From Eledone cirrhosa (lineage: Eukaryota), in NCBI GenBank assembly GCA_964016885.1, contig OZ024747.1, positions 69,378,001-69,442,000 of the forward strand: a DNA stretch of 64,000 nucleotides, given 5' to 3'. Of this stretch, positions 34,491 to 47,969 are shown in pieces; position 1 is the first letter of the stretch; every line of letters starts with the position of its first letter. The notes below the pieces were generated by a model that did no database searches, was not told where the DNA came from, and saw only the letters and a program-made list of their open reading frames with translations. The translations under genes were made by a program, and so were the position numbers.

Positions 34491-36654
34491 AAGCATTACA
34501 ATAATTCCAAAAGCCAAAAAAGAAATAGAACTAGGAACATAATATGGTTTGCCCCCCCTTTCTCACTAAACATTAAAACCCACATCGCTAAACTATTTTT
34601 TAAAGCTCTTGATAATCGCTTCCCTAGAACACATAGGTATCACTCAATTTTCAATAGACATACTATAAAATTAACCTACTCATCCACCAAAAATTTAGCA
34701 CAAAATATTAATAGAATAAATAATAGGAACTTAAAACCTAGCGATAATAGCATAAATAATATACAAGTTAACAAATGTAACTGTAGAGATAGATCTAAAT
34801 GTCCGTTAAATAACAACTGCTTAGTTAAAAATATAATATACAACTGTAATGTTAAAACGGACTCTAATTCTTTTAACTACGTCGGTTCCACATCGACGGA
34901 ATTTAAACTTCGCTATAATAACCACAAGAATTCTTTCACAGATCCAAGCAAAAAATCTTAAACAGCACTATCAGGCGTACTCTGGCAACTTAGGCAAGAT
35001 AACGTTAGATATTCGACGGCTTGGAATATAGTCTCAAGAGGGATACCTTTTAATTCATCCTCTGAGACATGTGACCTCTGCGCGGCGGAGATATTCTTTA
35101 TACTAAAATCTAAAAATTCCCTTAATCTATGGACAAATTTATTCAGTTGCTGCAAACATAGATTGAACTCAACTTTTAAATATAAATTTAAATTTAAAAT
35201 GTAGTATATTTAGTTTGATTTGTAATTATTTGGGAAACTAGCCGATAAATCTTTCGATTTCTTCTTTTTATTCTTCTTTTTATTTTTATTTTTATTTTAA
35301 ACATTCTTCATGAAAAATTAAACTACCCTAAAAGTTGATGCTCCAAATATATCGAATAAACGTTACACTAGATAAACTTCTATATTAAATATAAGAACAT
35401 ATGTAGACCAAATGGGCATCCTAAACTTTTGAAATGATTTCTGCTAGACGCGATTTGGTAAATAATTTTTAGCTTTATCTGTTTTCGACTCTGATGCTTA
35501 TAATGAACTTGGCAATATATTGTCAATTAATTTTGAAGGGTTGATCTTTGTGGTCGATTTGCGTGGCATATTATGTTTTTATTTTTATTATTTTAATATT
35601 TTTTAATATTTTTTAATATTTTTAATATTTTCATTTTTAATATGTAATATTTTTTAGTTTTCTATTTTATTTATTTGTTTATTATTATTATTATTATTAT
35701 TATTTTTGTTTTTGTTTCTGATATTTTTATTAATATATTGAAATCTGTCCTCTATTTCTGCTTGATAGATAATCATGTAGAGTAAAGACAAGAATAGTAT
35801 TGTTAAAATTAATATAGACTCTATATATATGTGTATATATACACATATATGTATACTTAAATTTTTATAGCACAATGAGAATGTTCTCCGTGTGAAATAG
35901 GGGTTTGCAGAGTTGATCACGTAAATTCACATCGATGTTTGTAGTTATCATATAAACATATGAATTTTTAAAACTAGACATAAGATCATTACTTTTCACA
36001 CATTATAGATACGTGTCTCATTCAGGAATACTGATATTTACATTATAGTGCCTGGTTTTTATACGAACTAATATTTCTACATTAAAACATAGGGTTTTTA
36101 AATTCAGCCTCGCCTATGTCTGGTTACTTTTCATTTTTCTCTCTATATAACGGCTGGTTCCTTCCTAACCACATATATCTCCATTACATTAATACTAGAG
36201 CTAAATATATAAATAAATAAATAAATAAATAAATGTATCATTGATACGTCGTTCAACTACCTACTTTTCTCTATATATATCTATCTCTATCTATTTCCTC
36301 TCTCTATATATCTCTCTCTGTTTCTTTACATGAAGTTCTTCTCTTTATCTATCTTTCCATCTCTCTATTTTGTTGCATGCATTTCTTCTTTTTCTTCTTT
36401 TTCTTCGTTTTCTTTCTTTCTTTCCTTCTTTCTTTCTTTCTTTCTTTCTTTCTGTTTACAATTTTTCACTGCCAAATCAACTTTTTCAAATACAAGTCGA
36501 TGTTGAACGGTATGTCAAATCTATTTATCTATAAAACTGTCTATATTGTATTTTGTCTGAAGAAGGCATAACATATTGTTAATATGATATCCCTGAAATA
36601 TATATAATGAAATAAATATGGTTTTATAAATATAGTTTCCATTTATTTAATATC

Positions 36655-36655
<1 letters not shown>
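34484..36655 (+). mobile_element. Inverted ~2.15-kb copy of the same PLE (EN domain + 3' UTR/pLTR)
   Basis: Reverse complement of ~31630-33789 with few differences; carries the same TAA stop. Confidence 0.92.
36541..36621 (+). ncRNA. Type I hammerhead ribozyme in the PLE pLTR (mirror copy at 31664-31744 on the minus strand)
   Basis: CTATATTGTATTTTGT-CTGAAGA-AGG...CCT-GAAA-TATATA-TA^ATGAAATAAATATGG; ~15-bp stem I with G-U pairs and one bulge. Confidence 0.75.
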
Positions 36656-36730
<75 letters not shown>

Positions 36731-36999
36731 AAATATATGTATATATGTATAAATATATGTATATATATATATATATATATGTATAAATATATATATATAT
36801 ATATGTATAAATATATATATATATATATGTATAAATATATGTATAAATATATGTATATATATATATATGTATATGTATAAATATATGTATAAATATATGT
36901 ATATATGTATAAATATATGTATATATATATATATATATATGTATAAATATATGTATATATATATATATATATATATGTATAAATATATATATATATATG

Positions 37000-37056
<57 letters not shown>

Positions 37057-37947
37057 GTATATATATATGTATAAATAGATGTATAAATATATGTATATAT
37101 ATATATATAGTAGAATAATTGAGTATCGAAAAATCGGCACACGAGTTCACGATAAACAAAATTCGAGATGAGCGGCAGAGGGCTCTATAATTCAAATAAA
37201 TCAGAGCTATAACTATCGTTAAAATACCGTCACACGTAGAATATGTCTACAATCAACCAAATAACCGACAAATTTCGATATGGAAGATTCGGGACACTCA
37301 GATAAATTATCAATAAATCAATAAATGAAATGAATGTAAAAAGCATACCCGGACCCACTAGAGAGATGGTATATCTAGCTTCTTGGGTTTCTGTAAATCC
37401 TTAAACCGTCCTCTATCAGCTCACATAAAAATATAAGACTTACAGACAACGGGGGACTGGAGTTACTTCTTCAACGAGCTTTAGTCCAACGGATGAAAAG
37501 ACAAAACCCAGGCTAAAAATACGCACATGGATTTCAGCAAGGGAGATAACCTTTATATCCGCAAAAAATATTCGTAAAAATGTGGAATAACACATATCGA
37601 ATAAGAGTGCTCAATAGACGAGTTAAAATAAACAGGAGCTATTCATCATTTAATAGAATCGACATATATGTATAAATATATGTATATATATATATATGTA
37701 TAAATATATGTATAAATATATGTATATATATATGTATATGTATATATATATGTATAAATATATGTATATGTATATATATATGTATAAATATATGTATAAA
37801 TATATGTATATGTATATATATATGTATAAATATATGTATATATATATATGTATAAATATATGTATATGTATATGTATATATATATGTATATATATATATA
37901 TATATATATGTATAAATATATGTATATGTATATATATATATGTATAA

Positions 37948-37999
<52 letters not shown>

Positions 38000-38415
38000 A
38001 AATATATGTATATATATATATATATATATATGTATAAATATATGTATATATATATATATATATATATGTATAAATATATGTATATATATATATGTATAAA
38101 TATATGTATATATATATATATATATGTATAAATATATGTATATATATATGTATAAATATATGTATATATATATATATATATATGTATAAATATATGTATA
38201 TATATATATATATATAAATATATGTATATGTATATATATATATATATTTATATATTTATATATATGTATGTTTAAATAAATATATATATGTGTATATATA
38301 AATATATATATGTGTATATATAAATATATATATGTGTATATATATATATATATATGTGTATATATAAATATATATATGTATAAATAAATATATATATGTG
38401 TATATATATATATGT
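36656..38415. repeat. (TA)n/(TATG)n tracts flanking a unique segment at 37108-37661
   Basis: Directly visible. Confidence 0.9.
37300..37640 (+). pseudogene. Possible highly decayed LINE RT fragment
   Basis: Faint, ordered motif remnants (PG/DP, RP.IS, MDFSK, CGIT, RVKIN) with many stops and shifts. Confidence 0.25.
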
Positions 38416-38469
38416 ATGAATGAAGTAATTCCATCGGAAAAGTCCAGGAAAAAAGAGTGCTCTATGTAG

Positions 38470-38502
<33 letters not shown>

Positions 38503-38795
38503 TACGAAACTATAGAAACTTAATTTACTATAGAGAGAAAAATTACCATAATTTAATGATGTTAAAAAGCTAAGAAAAGAATGCAGTAAAAAGTATTAGT
38601 TATCTAATTATAGAAAAAAATACGAGGAATAAAACTGTGGTGACTATTTTTTGTCGCTTTTGGATTCGAAAGTAAGTAATTGAAATATGAAGCATTTAGT
38701 GATATGGACTTCAGAAGAAAGTTGATATTCATACGTACACACACTTTTATGTATACATCTCTATCTCTCTCTCTCTGTCTCTGTCTCTGTCTCTA

Positions 38796-38827
<32 letters not shown>

Positions 38828-38991
38828 CATATATAAAATACTGTTTTTTTTTTACCGTTACAACAATGTAAACTGGAGGGTAAATGTTAAAAATATGATG
38901 ATAACACTAACGTTGGGGTGTTACCACTGATGTTGGGATGTTGGTCCCTTATATTTCAAGATGAAATCCCTTCACTCATTATTAGTGGATT

Positions 38992-39310
38992 GGGCAGTGA
39001 ATTGGCAGTATCGGTAGAGGGTCGGACGCCATGCTTTGACGCATAGAGTTACGGCCCTTGCCATTCTGCGTTCAAATCCCGCCGAAGTTAACTTTGCCTT
39101 TCCTCCTTACAGGGTCTATTGCTGGCCTTGTGCCAAATGTAGAAACAATTATTATTATTATGGTCCTCGCAGCATAGTTACGGCCCTTTATGTTCTGAGT
39201 TCAAATGCTGCCAAGGTTAGTTCTGTCTTACATTCTTACGGGGTCGATAAAATAAAGTACCAGTAATTGGTTAATTGCTGGCCTTGTACCAAATGTAGAA
39301 ACAATTATTG
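38992..39310 (+). mobile_element. Two adjacent tRNA-derived SINE copies (family A; Nin/Deu-like core)
   Basis: TGGCAGTATCGG A-box-like motif, GTTCAAATCC B box, core GCCTTTC.TCCTTAC.GGGTCGATAAAATAAAGTACCAG, tail TTGCTGGCCTTGTGCCAAA..AGAAACAATTATT. Confidence 0.8.
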
Positions 39311-39654
39311 TTTATGCTTTTGAATCTTTTCAAAATATGCTATTTCATATTTCAGGTATGCCCGACTGGGAAATATGGCATCTATTATAAGTAGAAGAAA
39401 ACGAGACAACAGAGAATGAAATAACGAACTACTTCACTGTCAGTCAACCACACTATGTACAAGGGATTTAATAACCTCCTGATTGAGGGGAACACTCCAA
39501 GGAAAATTAATAGACCACGAAGCAGGGGTAGAGGTAGTTGACTCTAGGAAAACTAGCCAGTCTGAGGTTCTGCTACAATTGGCTATGTCCCTTTTCGCGT
39601 ATTCCCATAATATCTGAAACATCCCTGGACCATAACAGCATGCAGAATGAAAAA

Positions 39655-39830
39655 TAGTTATTGGTCTCTGATTTAGGCACAAGGCCAACAATTTTGTGGA
39701 AGGGGAAGTTGGTTAAATCGATCCCAGAGCATTACTGGTACTTTATATTTTTGACCCTCTAAGGATGAAAGGCAACGCTAACCTTGGCAGGATTTGAACT
39801 CATAAAACCTGATGTCCGACGCTCCACCCC
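39655..39830 (-). mobile_element. SINE family A copy
   Basis: Reverse complement of the core, B box (GGATTTGAACTC) and tail. Confidence 0.8.
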
Positions 39831-40045
39831 TACTGTCAAAATAATTATTAAAATGAAATGAATTAACTTGAATTAATTTACACTAAAAAGAATAAATTAC
39901 TTGTAAGGTGGCAAAAATAATGCTGCCAAGTTCAACATTTGATTATAAGCTTTTTCTTCTAAAGACTGCGTTGGCTGGAGAGAATGGATCTATAAGTAGA
40001 AAATCTTGTGGAGATCCGAATGATTAAGGTGACAAGAAGGGTAAA

Positions 40046-40373
40046 TATTCTCGGGTCTCGAATAATCGAATCCCCCCACCCCGCTTATTAAACTTTGCTA
40101 ATCTATAGCCGGCAAAATGTTATTTTAAGTGCTAGCATTCCTGCGACTATTAATTTTCTTTAGGCATAAAAAATCACTATACATGACAGTAAAAGTAAAT
40201 TACTAAAAATCCCATATATTGTAAAATAAATAGGGCGGGTTGGGGTCTCAATATGTAAACTAAACTTCTAATTCTGGTTTTTAAAAAACCAATAGACATA
40301 ACCTAGAAACATTACCGATTATCCAACCCCACTTACGCTTATTCCATCTCCCTATTATTTGGGACCCAAGAGC
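40046..40373. mobile_element. Possible MITE
   Basis: Imperfect ~20-bp terminal inverted repeats TATTCTCGGGTCTCGAATAAT / ATTATTTTGGGACCCAAGAGCA. Confidence 0.4.
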
Positions 40374-42322
40374 AAGTAAAAGCTGAAATGGATGTTGTCT
40401 AGTTTTAGAAATAGCTAAAGAGCTCCAGGTCCTTGGTGGGATAGGGTAAACCAAATGGGAATAACAGGTATAATCAGCGGAGAAATATGAAGATCAAAGA
40501 ATTAAAAAGAATAGAATAAAGAAATTATTAGAGGAATATAATATTGATCAACGTTTCTGCCACAGGATAGTAAATTGGTATTGTCTAGTCCTAGCAAGGA
40601 CTAATTGACTTCAAATTGAGAGGGAGGGGACACAATATAAAAAAAAAATAGATTACCGCTGTAGAAGGGGAGGAATAGCATTGATCAATGTTTCTAGTGC
40701 AGTTCAGCATAGCTGAGTACCACCAAATGAGTGGAGGAATAAGAGGAGCTTCCAATTATTGTCGAGAATTCATTTCATGTTTTACCAATACGTACACTTC
40801 CCGTGATTTTATATATTCAGTACGACATTAGTCAATGCATCAGTCTTTGTTTATAAGATTTGCTTATGGTTTGTATGCTATGTGACTGCTATTTCTGCCA
40901 CGTGTAATCTAGATATCCATTTCTATACCATACCACTTGCTCTACTGTATACTCTGACAAGCAGTAGTACATTACGTGCGTGGAGTACAATGTGTTATTC
41001 CATACATATTGCATTTTTTCTAACAGTTCATTCGTTATATCTTAGCCCGAAGTTTCTGGCAGTGACCACACGGTGGTGTTGGGCAAGAGGAATTTGGTCT
41101 GAGCGTCACTTTTGTTGTTCATTTGCATTTATCTAGAACAGTGTACATCCCAGCACAGCATTTGGAACTAATGGCGTCGTCACACTTGTCTAGAGCCCGA
41201 GAGAAGGCCTTCCGAGAAAACCTATTTCGGATAGTTTATCAAGGACTACATTATTCAGCCTGTCCTGTTGTTAATCATAGGGATGGCGGTGATTTTAGGG
41301 CGATTTGACTGCTTTTCCTAGAAAGTCGAGTGACCTCATAGTGGCTCTCATGTTAAGGTCCGAGTTTTCCTCGCTGGATAATGAGAATATTGTTGCTGCA
41401 ATGTTTGTATGCATATGTTTAATTGGGTGTGTTGATGATAAAGCAATGCAACGAGACTTTTTATCACTGGATATTTTTCTTTGAATAGTACCAGGAAAGA
41501 TATTTGATTTTCTCTTGTGATTCATCAACAAGGCATCGATTGTAAATTTGATGAGCTAAAATATAATCTGAAGCTTCGTTATTCTTCTTGTGTTATTGGA
41601 ATTGCTTCGTTGTTCACATGATTAGGCAGTTATGCAATGTGGGTCATTTTAAAGTAAGGAGGAATGAATGAATCAGTCAATGGGTTGATCAATTCTCTTG
41701 CTTCCTAAGTTTAGGTATTGTATTGACGGTTTGAACTATATAGCCATTCAAATTTAATACAAGAAAAAAAATTAATTCTGCACATCAAAATATATCATAT
41801 GATTAAAACATATGAAGTCTTGCATTAGATTAAATCTCGGAGCTACATTGTGCTGATGTATATAGAATTAATAAAAGCAAATGTCTGGGTCTAAAAGTAA
41901 TGAAATATTATAAACATGATATATATGTTGAAAAACAAGTTCATATTTAGAGAGAGTATGGCGAGGTATTAGTAGAAATTATTTAAAAAATAATTACATG
42001 CTTTACGATAGTCTACCAGGTCTCTAGATTTTGTCTTGAAATCACCTTATAAACTTTACACGAGATATTCACTGCAGTTGATTCAATATCATTATAGAAA
42101 ATAATTTGACGTTAAATCTGGTCTAAACTAATCAATATTTGAGTTACTGCAACAAAAGAATATAAGATTAACTTGAAAGAAAACACTACTGAGGCAGAAA
42201 TAGATTGGTCAGAGTTAGTTGCCTGAATTATTCGTTTGATCAGTGTTCCAACTGTGGCCAGACAAATTTTGTTTTATGACATAAACAAATTTTAAGACTG
42301 ACAATTGTTTCCCATATATAAT

Positions 42323-42466
42323 GTTTTCTGAGTTAGGCACAAGGCTAATAATTTGGGGGCAGGGGAAAGTCGTCGATTAAATCGATCTTTGAGCATTACT
42401 GGAACTTTATTTTATCGACTCCTTAAGGATGAAAGGCAAAGCTATCCTCGGCGGGATTTGAACTCA
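42323..42466 (-). mobile_element. 5'-truncated SINE family A copy with a 17-bp target-site duplication
   Basis: TGTTTCCCATATATAAT at 42306-42322 and 42467-42483. Confidence 0.88.
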
Positions 42467-42829
42467 TGTTTCCCATATATAATACAATATAAAAATATAT
42501 AAGAAGAATGGCATCAGCAAAAAAATTAGTAACCAAAATAATCTATCTGAAAGAGGGATGGGATGATCATATCTGGAACGCTTTTGATCATAAGTCTAAT
42601 GAGTGAGTAGTAAGCTGAAGCTAAACAACAACATAACCAATATCCCGCCCACGAAAAAAAAAAAGAAAATCGAGAGAAAACACTCTGGAAAAGCAGCCGA
42701 AGATCGTCGTTTCGAAATTAATAGAAGCTAGAAATATGTTCTGATATACAGACAAATCCCGTGACTACCCAGTAGCTTTCTATTTGCCTGGCATTTTTTA
42801 GCAATTCAATAGTAGACAGCAAATAGGCT

Positions 42830-43480
42830 AAACAAATATGTTGTCTCAACCATCCAGTGATTTACCAAATTATTTGATGTTTTCTTATGTATGTCATTCA
42901 TCAATAATATTGCTTTCTTTGGATTGGGAAGAAATATTATGTTTAGTGGTGAGAGAAATCAGGTGTTACATGTTCAAGGCTTGAGCATAAATGAAGAGCG
43001 TCTGTATGTGGGGACCTCTTTCGATTTGCATCTATTTTCTTTAGTGATTTTTACATCATGCATTTCTGTATGCATTATAGAAAATATATGCGATAACCGA
43101 GGTTCCATCTTCAAAGGTGTTGTTTGTTGTTGGACCTCCGTCGGTTTTGACGATGGGTGTTCCACTTGTTCGAACAAAGAAACGTCCTGTTCGAGAAATT
43201 AATGTGCACAAATTGTTGAGTATTCCATATATCAGTGAACGTAGTTTTATAACGTAGTTTTCATGGAGATTTTGTGTGACAAGACTGAATTTTAACTTAG
43301 AGGTACAACTCTTTTTTACCAGCTGAATGAACTGGATACATACCAGAGGGGGAATCACAATTACAACCATACAGTCGTGAGCCGAACACCCTAACTTAAA
43401 ACGTCACGTGCCTTCACAATATAGGCCCAAAAGTGAAAACTTTAGTTAGAAGAGTAGGTGTTCACGCAGGCAATACATTA
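42830..43480 (-). pseudogene. Possible ancient PLE RT fragment
   Basis: Ordered weak remnants (TPT..TKV, NCDSP, M.PRLSHIF, YRR, NIIF, HKKT) across frameshifts. Confidence 0.3.
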
Positions 43481-43589
43481 TTCAGTACTTCAATACTCGA
43501 AGGAATACAACGCGCTGCTAGTAATGCAATATATATATAAGGGTTAGTAGTGCTAGAGAAAGAGTAAGAGGGAGAGAGAAATTAAAATA

Positions 43590-43875
43590 ACCTTTAGACT
43601 TGTCTCCCCACAGCCCCAGCGGACAGAATGGAGAAGGCGTTTCCCCGGAGGACGGCAAGGGAGACGTGCTAAAAAAGCCACTCCAACTCGCGAGGCTCAC
43701 ACCTGCGTCTGGCCAGCTCAGCACCTATGGTGGTGAGTAGGGAGGTTGCCCTAGAACCGAGAACACCAGAAGTCTCCACTGCCAAGGGTACAACCGCAAA
43801 CCTGTCGGAGAGCGACCGGTATTTGAGGAGTTTGGCCTCCTCAGCCAGACGTGCAGCAAGGTTATCGTAGCGTCT
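43590..43875 (-). mobile_element. Decayed 3' fragment of a CRE-like (RLE endonuclease) non-LTR retrotransposon
   Basis: Reverse-complement homolog of 55405-55710. Confidence 0.65.
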
Positions 43876-45688
43876 TAGTGAACTGTTTGAGAATTATATA
43901 TTGAACCTGTTAACATGTTGTTTAGTGAACCTACTGACCTAGCACCTAATAAACCCATTCCAGTCGTTATTGTAGTTCTGGTTTGTAAGTGGTGTCGATC
44001 ATGGTAATGGAATAGAATGTATTTTCTAGTACTCGGATAATAGAATTGATGATGATGACGATGATGATGGTAATAATGATGATGATGACGCCGCCGCCGC
44101 TGACAAATGAGAAATAAGACTGCTGGTTAAAAAAAAAGTAAACAACAAAGAAAAAATGACAAAGAAAAGAGTATCAATAAGAATAGTAAGTAGATAAAAC
44201 ATAGAGGCGAACTACTAAACTCGCTTTACCTGAAGAGAAAGTAACCGGAACATTTTAAAGGTTGTTACACTTTAAAAAAAGCTCCAAATATAGCCAGTAT
44301 TTCTTTCATTTACTCTATTATATATCTACTCCACCAATCAAGTATTCGTTTTTGCGAAAAATCTCAAATCTCTGCGAGAGAAGATGAGGCCAACTGGGGT
44401 AAAGTAGTTTTAGGATCTAAAATAGCTTGGAATTTACTAACAGGTTTGGCTTGCTCTAAACTATTCTGGTGGATGACATATAGTATTAGCTTCCTTGATA
44501 TTACATCCAAGCCAGCTTTATTTCCTTCAAGCTGTTTCCTGCTCCATCTTTTCACGTGCAATCTTTTTATATTTAATCGATATTGTTTATTATCTCTTGC
44601 AAGCTATGTATTTTTAGTACTAATTAATATACTCTTAAATGTCCGTTCTATTTTTTTTAAAAATCTCTTTACATTATCTTTCGGTTTTCGAGTAGGTTTG
44701 CACAGACAATTCTTCTTCTTCGCCGCCGCTCACTTACTCCTGAGAGGGTCGTGGGAGAAGAGTCCTCAAACACTCTTTCCAGCAGGTCCTTCCCGTCATA
44801 AACTTCCGTCTCCAATTGATTTACGCATTTTCCAGACATTACTTCGTCTTTATTTCCATAAATAACACCTAATTACAATCACATTTTATTTTGAATTGCA
44901 ATTGGTCAAACATATTAACTACTTTAAATTTTTTGCATTACATCTAACACTAATTTAACACACTTGATTTTTTAACTAATTATTTTCTACATTATTTTAA
45001 TACTTGATAAAACATATTTAAATTTTATCCAATTTGGTCGCATAACCACTTAACTGAATAAAGGTTTAATTTCTTATCTTTTTCTATGTATATGATTAAT
45101 GACCTGCTAAAACACCTGTATACACAGGTGTACACACAATATACACATCACTGAAAGTTAGTGAAATATCTATGAAATAATTTAAGACAATGATTTAACT
45201 AAAGATAAGAACAATAGACAGAAAAGAAGAAACAAAACAAACATTTCATTGTATCTATTATTAAAAGATAGGTTTGTACAAACATAAAAATTGTATTGTG
45301 AATATTATATAATTTGGTTCTTTATATACACACAAACATATATATATTTATGTGTGTATATATTTCTGTGAATGTATATAATTACACACACACACATATA
45401 TACATATATACACAGTATATATCAACGGTAATGATATTCGAGACGAAAATCTGGCCTATATTATGACATGCGTTAAATAAAAAGACTTATGTTCTAGGCT
45501 CTAGTGTATTGAGAAGAGAGACAAACGTTTTCTTTCATTGACTAATATTTTAAGTGGATGACTATTGTTTTAGTATTTAAGTTATTTGCTATTACGTGCA
45601 TGCACTCACACAAGTGCGCACGAGCACATACAAACATACGTACAAACAAACCAACTCAAAAACACACACGTATACACACACACACTCA

Positions 45689-45734
<46 letters not shown>

Positions 45735-45910
45735 CCTTATGTGGAATAAACAGGGGCTACATTATCTGAGACAAATTATTAATATATATAAGACTACACA
45801 CTGGTAAAAGACAATGCTCAATACAACTTTGTTAGCAAACAATAATCGAACAGAATATGCGTGTATACACACGCGCACACATGTATGTATATATGTATAC
45901 GTATGTGTAT

Positions 45911-45946
<36 letters not shown>

Positions 45947-45994
45947 GTATGTATGTATGTGTGTGTGTGTGTATATACATATATATATATACCA

Positions 45995-46280
45995 GTGGAG
46001 GCACGTGGCCTAGTGGTAAGAGTGTTGGACTTACGAACATAATGTCGTGGGTTCGATTCCTGGGCTGCGTGTTGTGTTCTTGAGCAAAACACTTCATTTC
46101 ACGTTGCTACAGTATATTCAGCTGGAAATAAGTACCAGCAATAGCTGGAGGTTTAACCCTGCCATGGACTGGCGTCCTGTTCAGGCGGGAGCCTTGTACT
46201 CTCAGTCGCTTCACGACATGAAACCTGGATAAGCACCGGCCAAATGAGCCTTCTGGATTAAGACAGACTTTAGACTTTTA
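45995..46280 (+). mobile_element. Full-length tRNA-derived SINE, family B (V/Meta-domain-like)
   Basis: A box TGGCCTAGTGG, B box GGTTCGATTCC, body TTGAGCAAAACACTT..CCCTGCCATGGACTGGCGTCCTGTTCAGG, tail (AGACTTT)x2. Confidence 0.82.
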
Positions 46281-46850
46281 GATATATATATATATAAATA
46301 TACATATATACGCACAAACATACACTCTCATTTTCTCTGAAACAGTGATACACACGCACGTATATATGCGTGTGTATATATTTAGGTAAGCTCCAAATGA
46401 CTTTCATTTTAGTTTTTCATTGATAAATGTGCCAGTTTTAAAGCTCAAGTTTGAATCACTTCAAGTTCACCTTCAACAATGAGTTTACAAGCATTTGACT
46501 GAAGCGTTGATGTTATTTACTTATATGGAACACTCTCAGTTTCCCGTATATTGATACCTAGTTTGGGTTTCTACCTGCCATCATATAGACCAGTTTTCAG
46601 CTATGGATGTACTCATATCTGGCATTAGATTCATTAACTACTGCAGTCATGCTTTTCAATGTCTCTTCCTCTATAAAATCATACTTTTCTTTCATAGAGG
46701 TTTTATTGGCTTGTAATTGTGATTGTTTTATAGAATATTTGTTACATGATCGCTGTTATACGCATTTCTGACTTCTACATTACTGTTACAAATATACATA
46801 TATACGTTTAGATAAGTATATATACGAATAAACAGACAGACCCCGCCCCC

Positions 46851-46929
<79 letters not shown>

Positions 46930-46930
<1 letters not shown>

Positions 46931-47093
46931 CAAAAAGTTATCACTCTACATAGCTGAATACAATAATTGTAATCTGAGTTTTTCGAATATGAACACAAGA
47001 GCAAGTATGAGGGGCACATTCTACTGACATGGCTGTTTGCATAATTGCAAACGAATCGAATATTATTATTAATATTCGAAAAACTCAGATTAC

Positions 47094-47095
<2 letters not shown>
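46930..47095. mobile_element. Small TA-flanked element with an internal inverted repeat; related copy at 51190-51305
   Basis: TGTAATCTGAGTTTTTCGAATAT (~46968-46990) is inverted at ~47072-47094; 46993-47092 matches the reverse complement of 51190-51305. Confidence 0.65.
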
Positions 47096-47138
<43 letters not shown>

Positions 47139-47721
47139 TGAAATGTATTTGTTTATGTCATAGTGTGTCTTTTGTTCACCAATACTCTCGTTCCCTCGTG
47201 CATTTTCTCACCCTTTAACATATCTTAAGCTCTCTATCTCACTTCTTTAACTAATACCAATTCCCCAGGTTTTACAACATGCATATATTTGTATATTTAC
47301 ACACACGCTTGTGCTACCCCACCCCACTCCGATATTATTACATACGGGCATGCTCTTACACACTTATGTGCGCGTGCATGAGTTAATGTGTGAATATAGG
47401 CACTTCTATAGTTGCGAAAATTAATTAAGTTGTTGACGATTTTATCTGTCATGACAGAAATTAGTTTAGTTATTAGCTTAGCATGAAGTAAAAAAAAAAT
47501 GTTTAATTAACATATTGGCACGCACACACATGCATTTACACACATGCACGCACACATGCATTCATACAGCCATTCACATTGATAAAGACGTATTTATGCA
47601 CTTACATTCACGTACAGATATTAATGTTCACCTCAATCTATGGAAACACGCGACGGTGTGTCCCATTGCCGAGAAAAATAATGGTCTCCCTGGACCACTC
47701 AACTACCATATTATTTCTCTA

Positions 47722-47969
47722 CAAAACCGCGGCGGGATTTGAACTCAGATCGTAAAGGGGCGTAACTATGCTACAAAGCATGGCGTCCGACCCTCTAGTA
47801 TTGGTAGGGGGTCGGACGCCATGCTTTGTAGCATAGAGTTACGCTCCTTTAGGGTCTGAGTTCAAATCCCGCCGAGGTTAACTTTGCCTTTCATCCTTAC
47901 TGGGTCGATAAAATAAAGGACCAGTAATGCACTGGGATAATTGCTGGCCTTGTGCCAAAAGTAAAAACA
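47722..47969. mobile_element. Head-to-head inverted SINE family A pair within one 12-bp TSD
   Basis: 47727-47798 is the reverse complement of ~47806-47877; ATTATTTCTCTA at 47710-47721 and 47970-47981. Confidence 0.82.

Noticed and set aside
45997-46070. tRNA gene
   Set aside because: A and B boxes are present, but there is no convincing acceptor stem and the sequence continues into a SINE body repeated at 62560.
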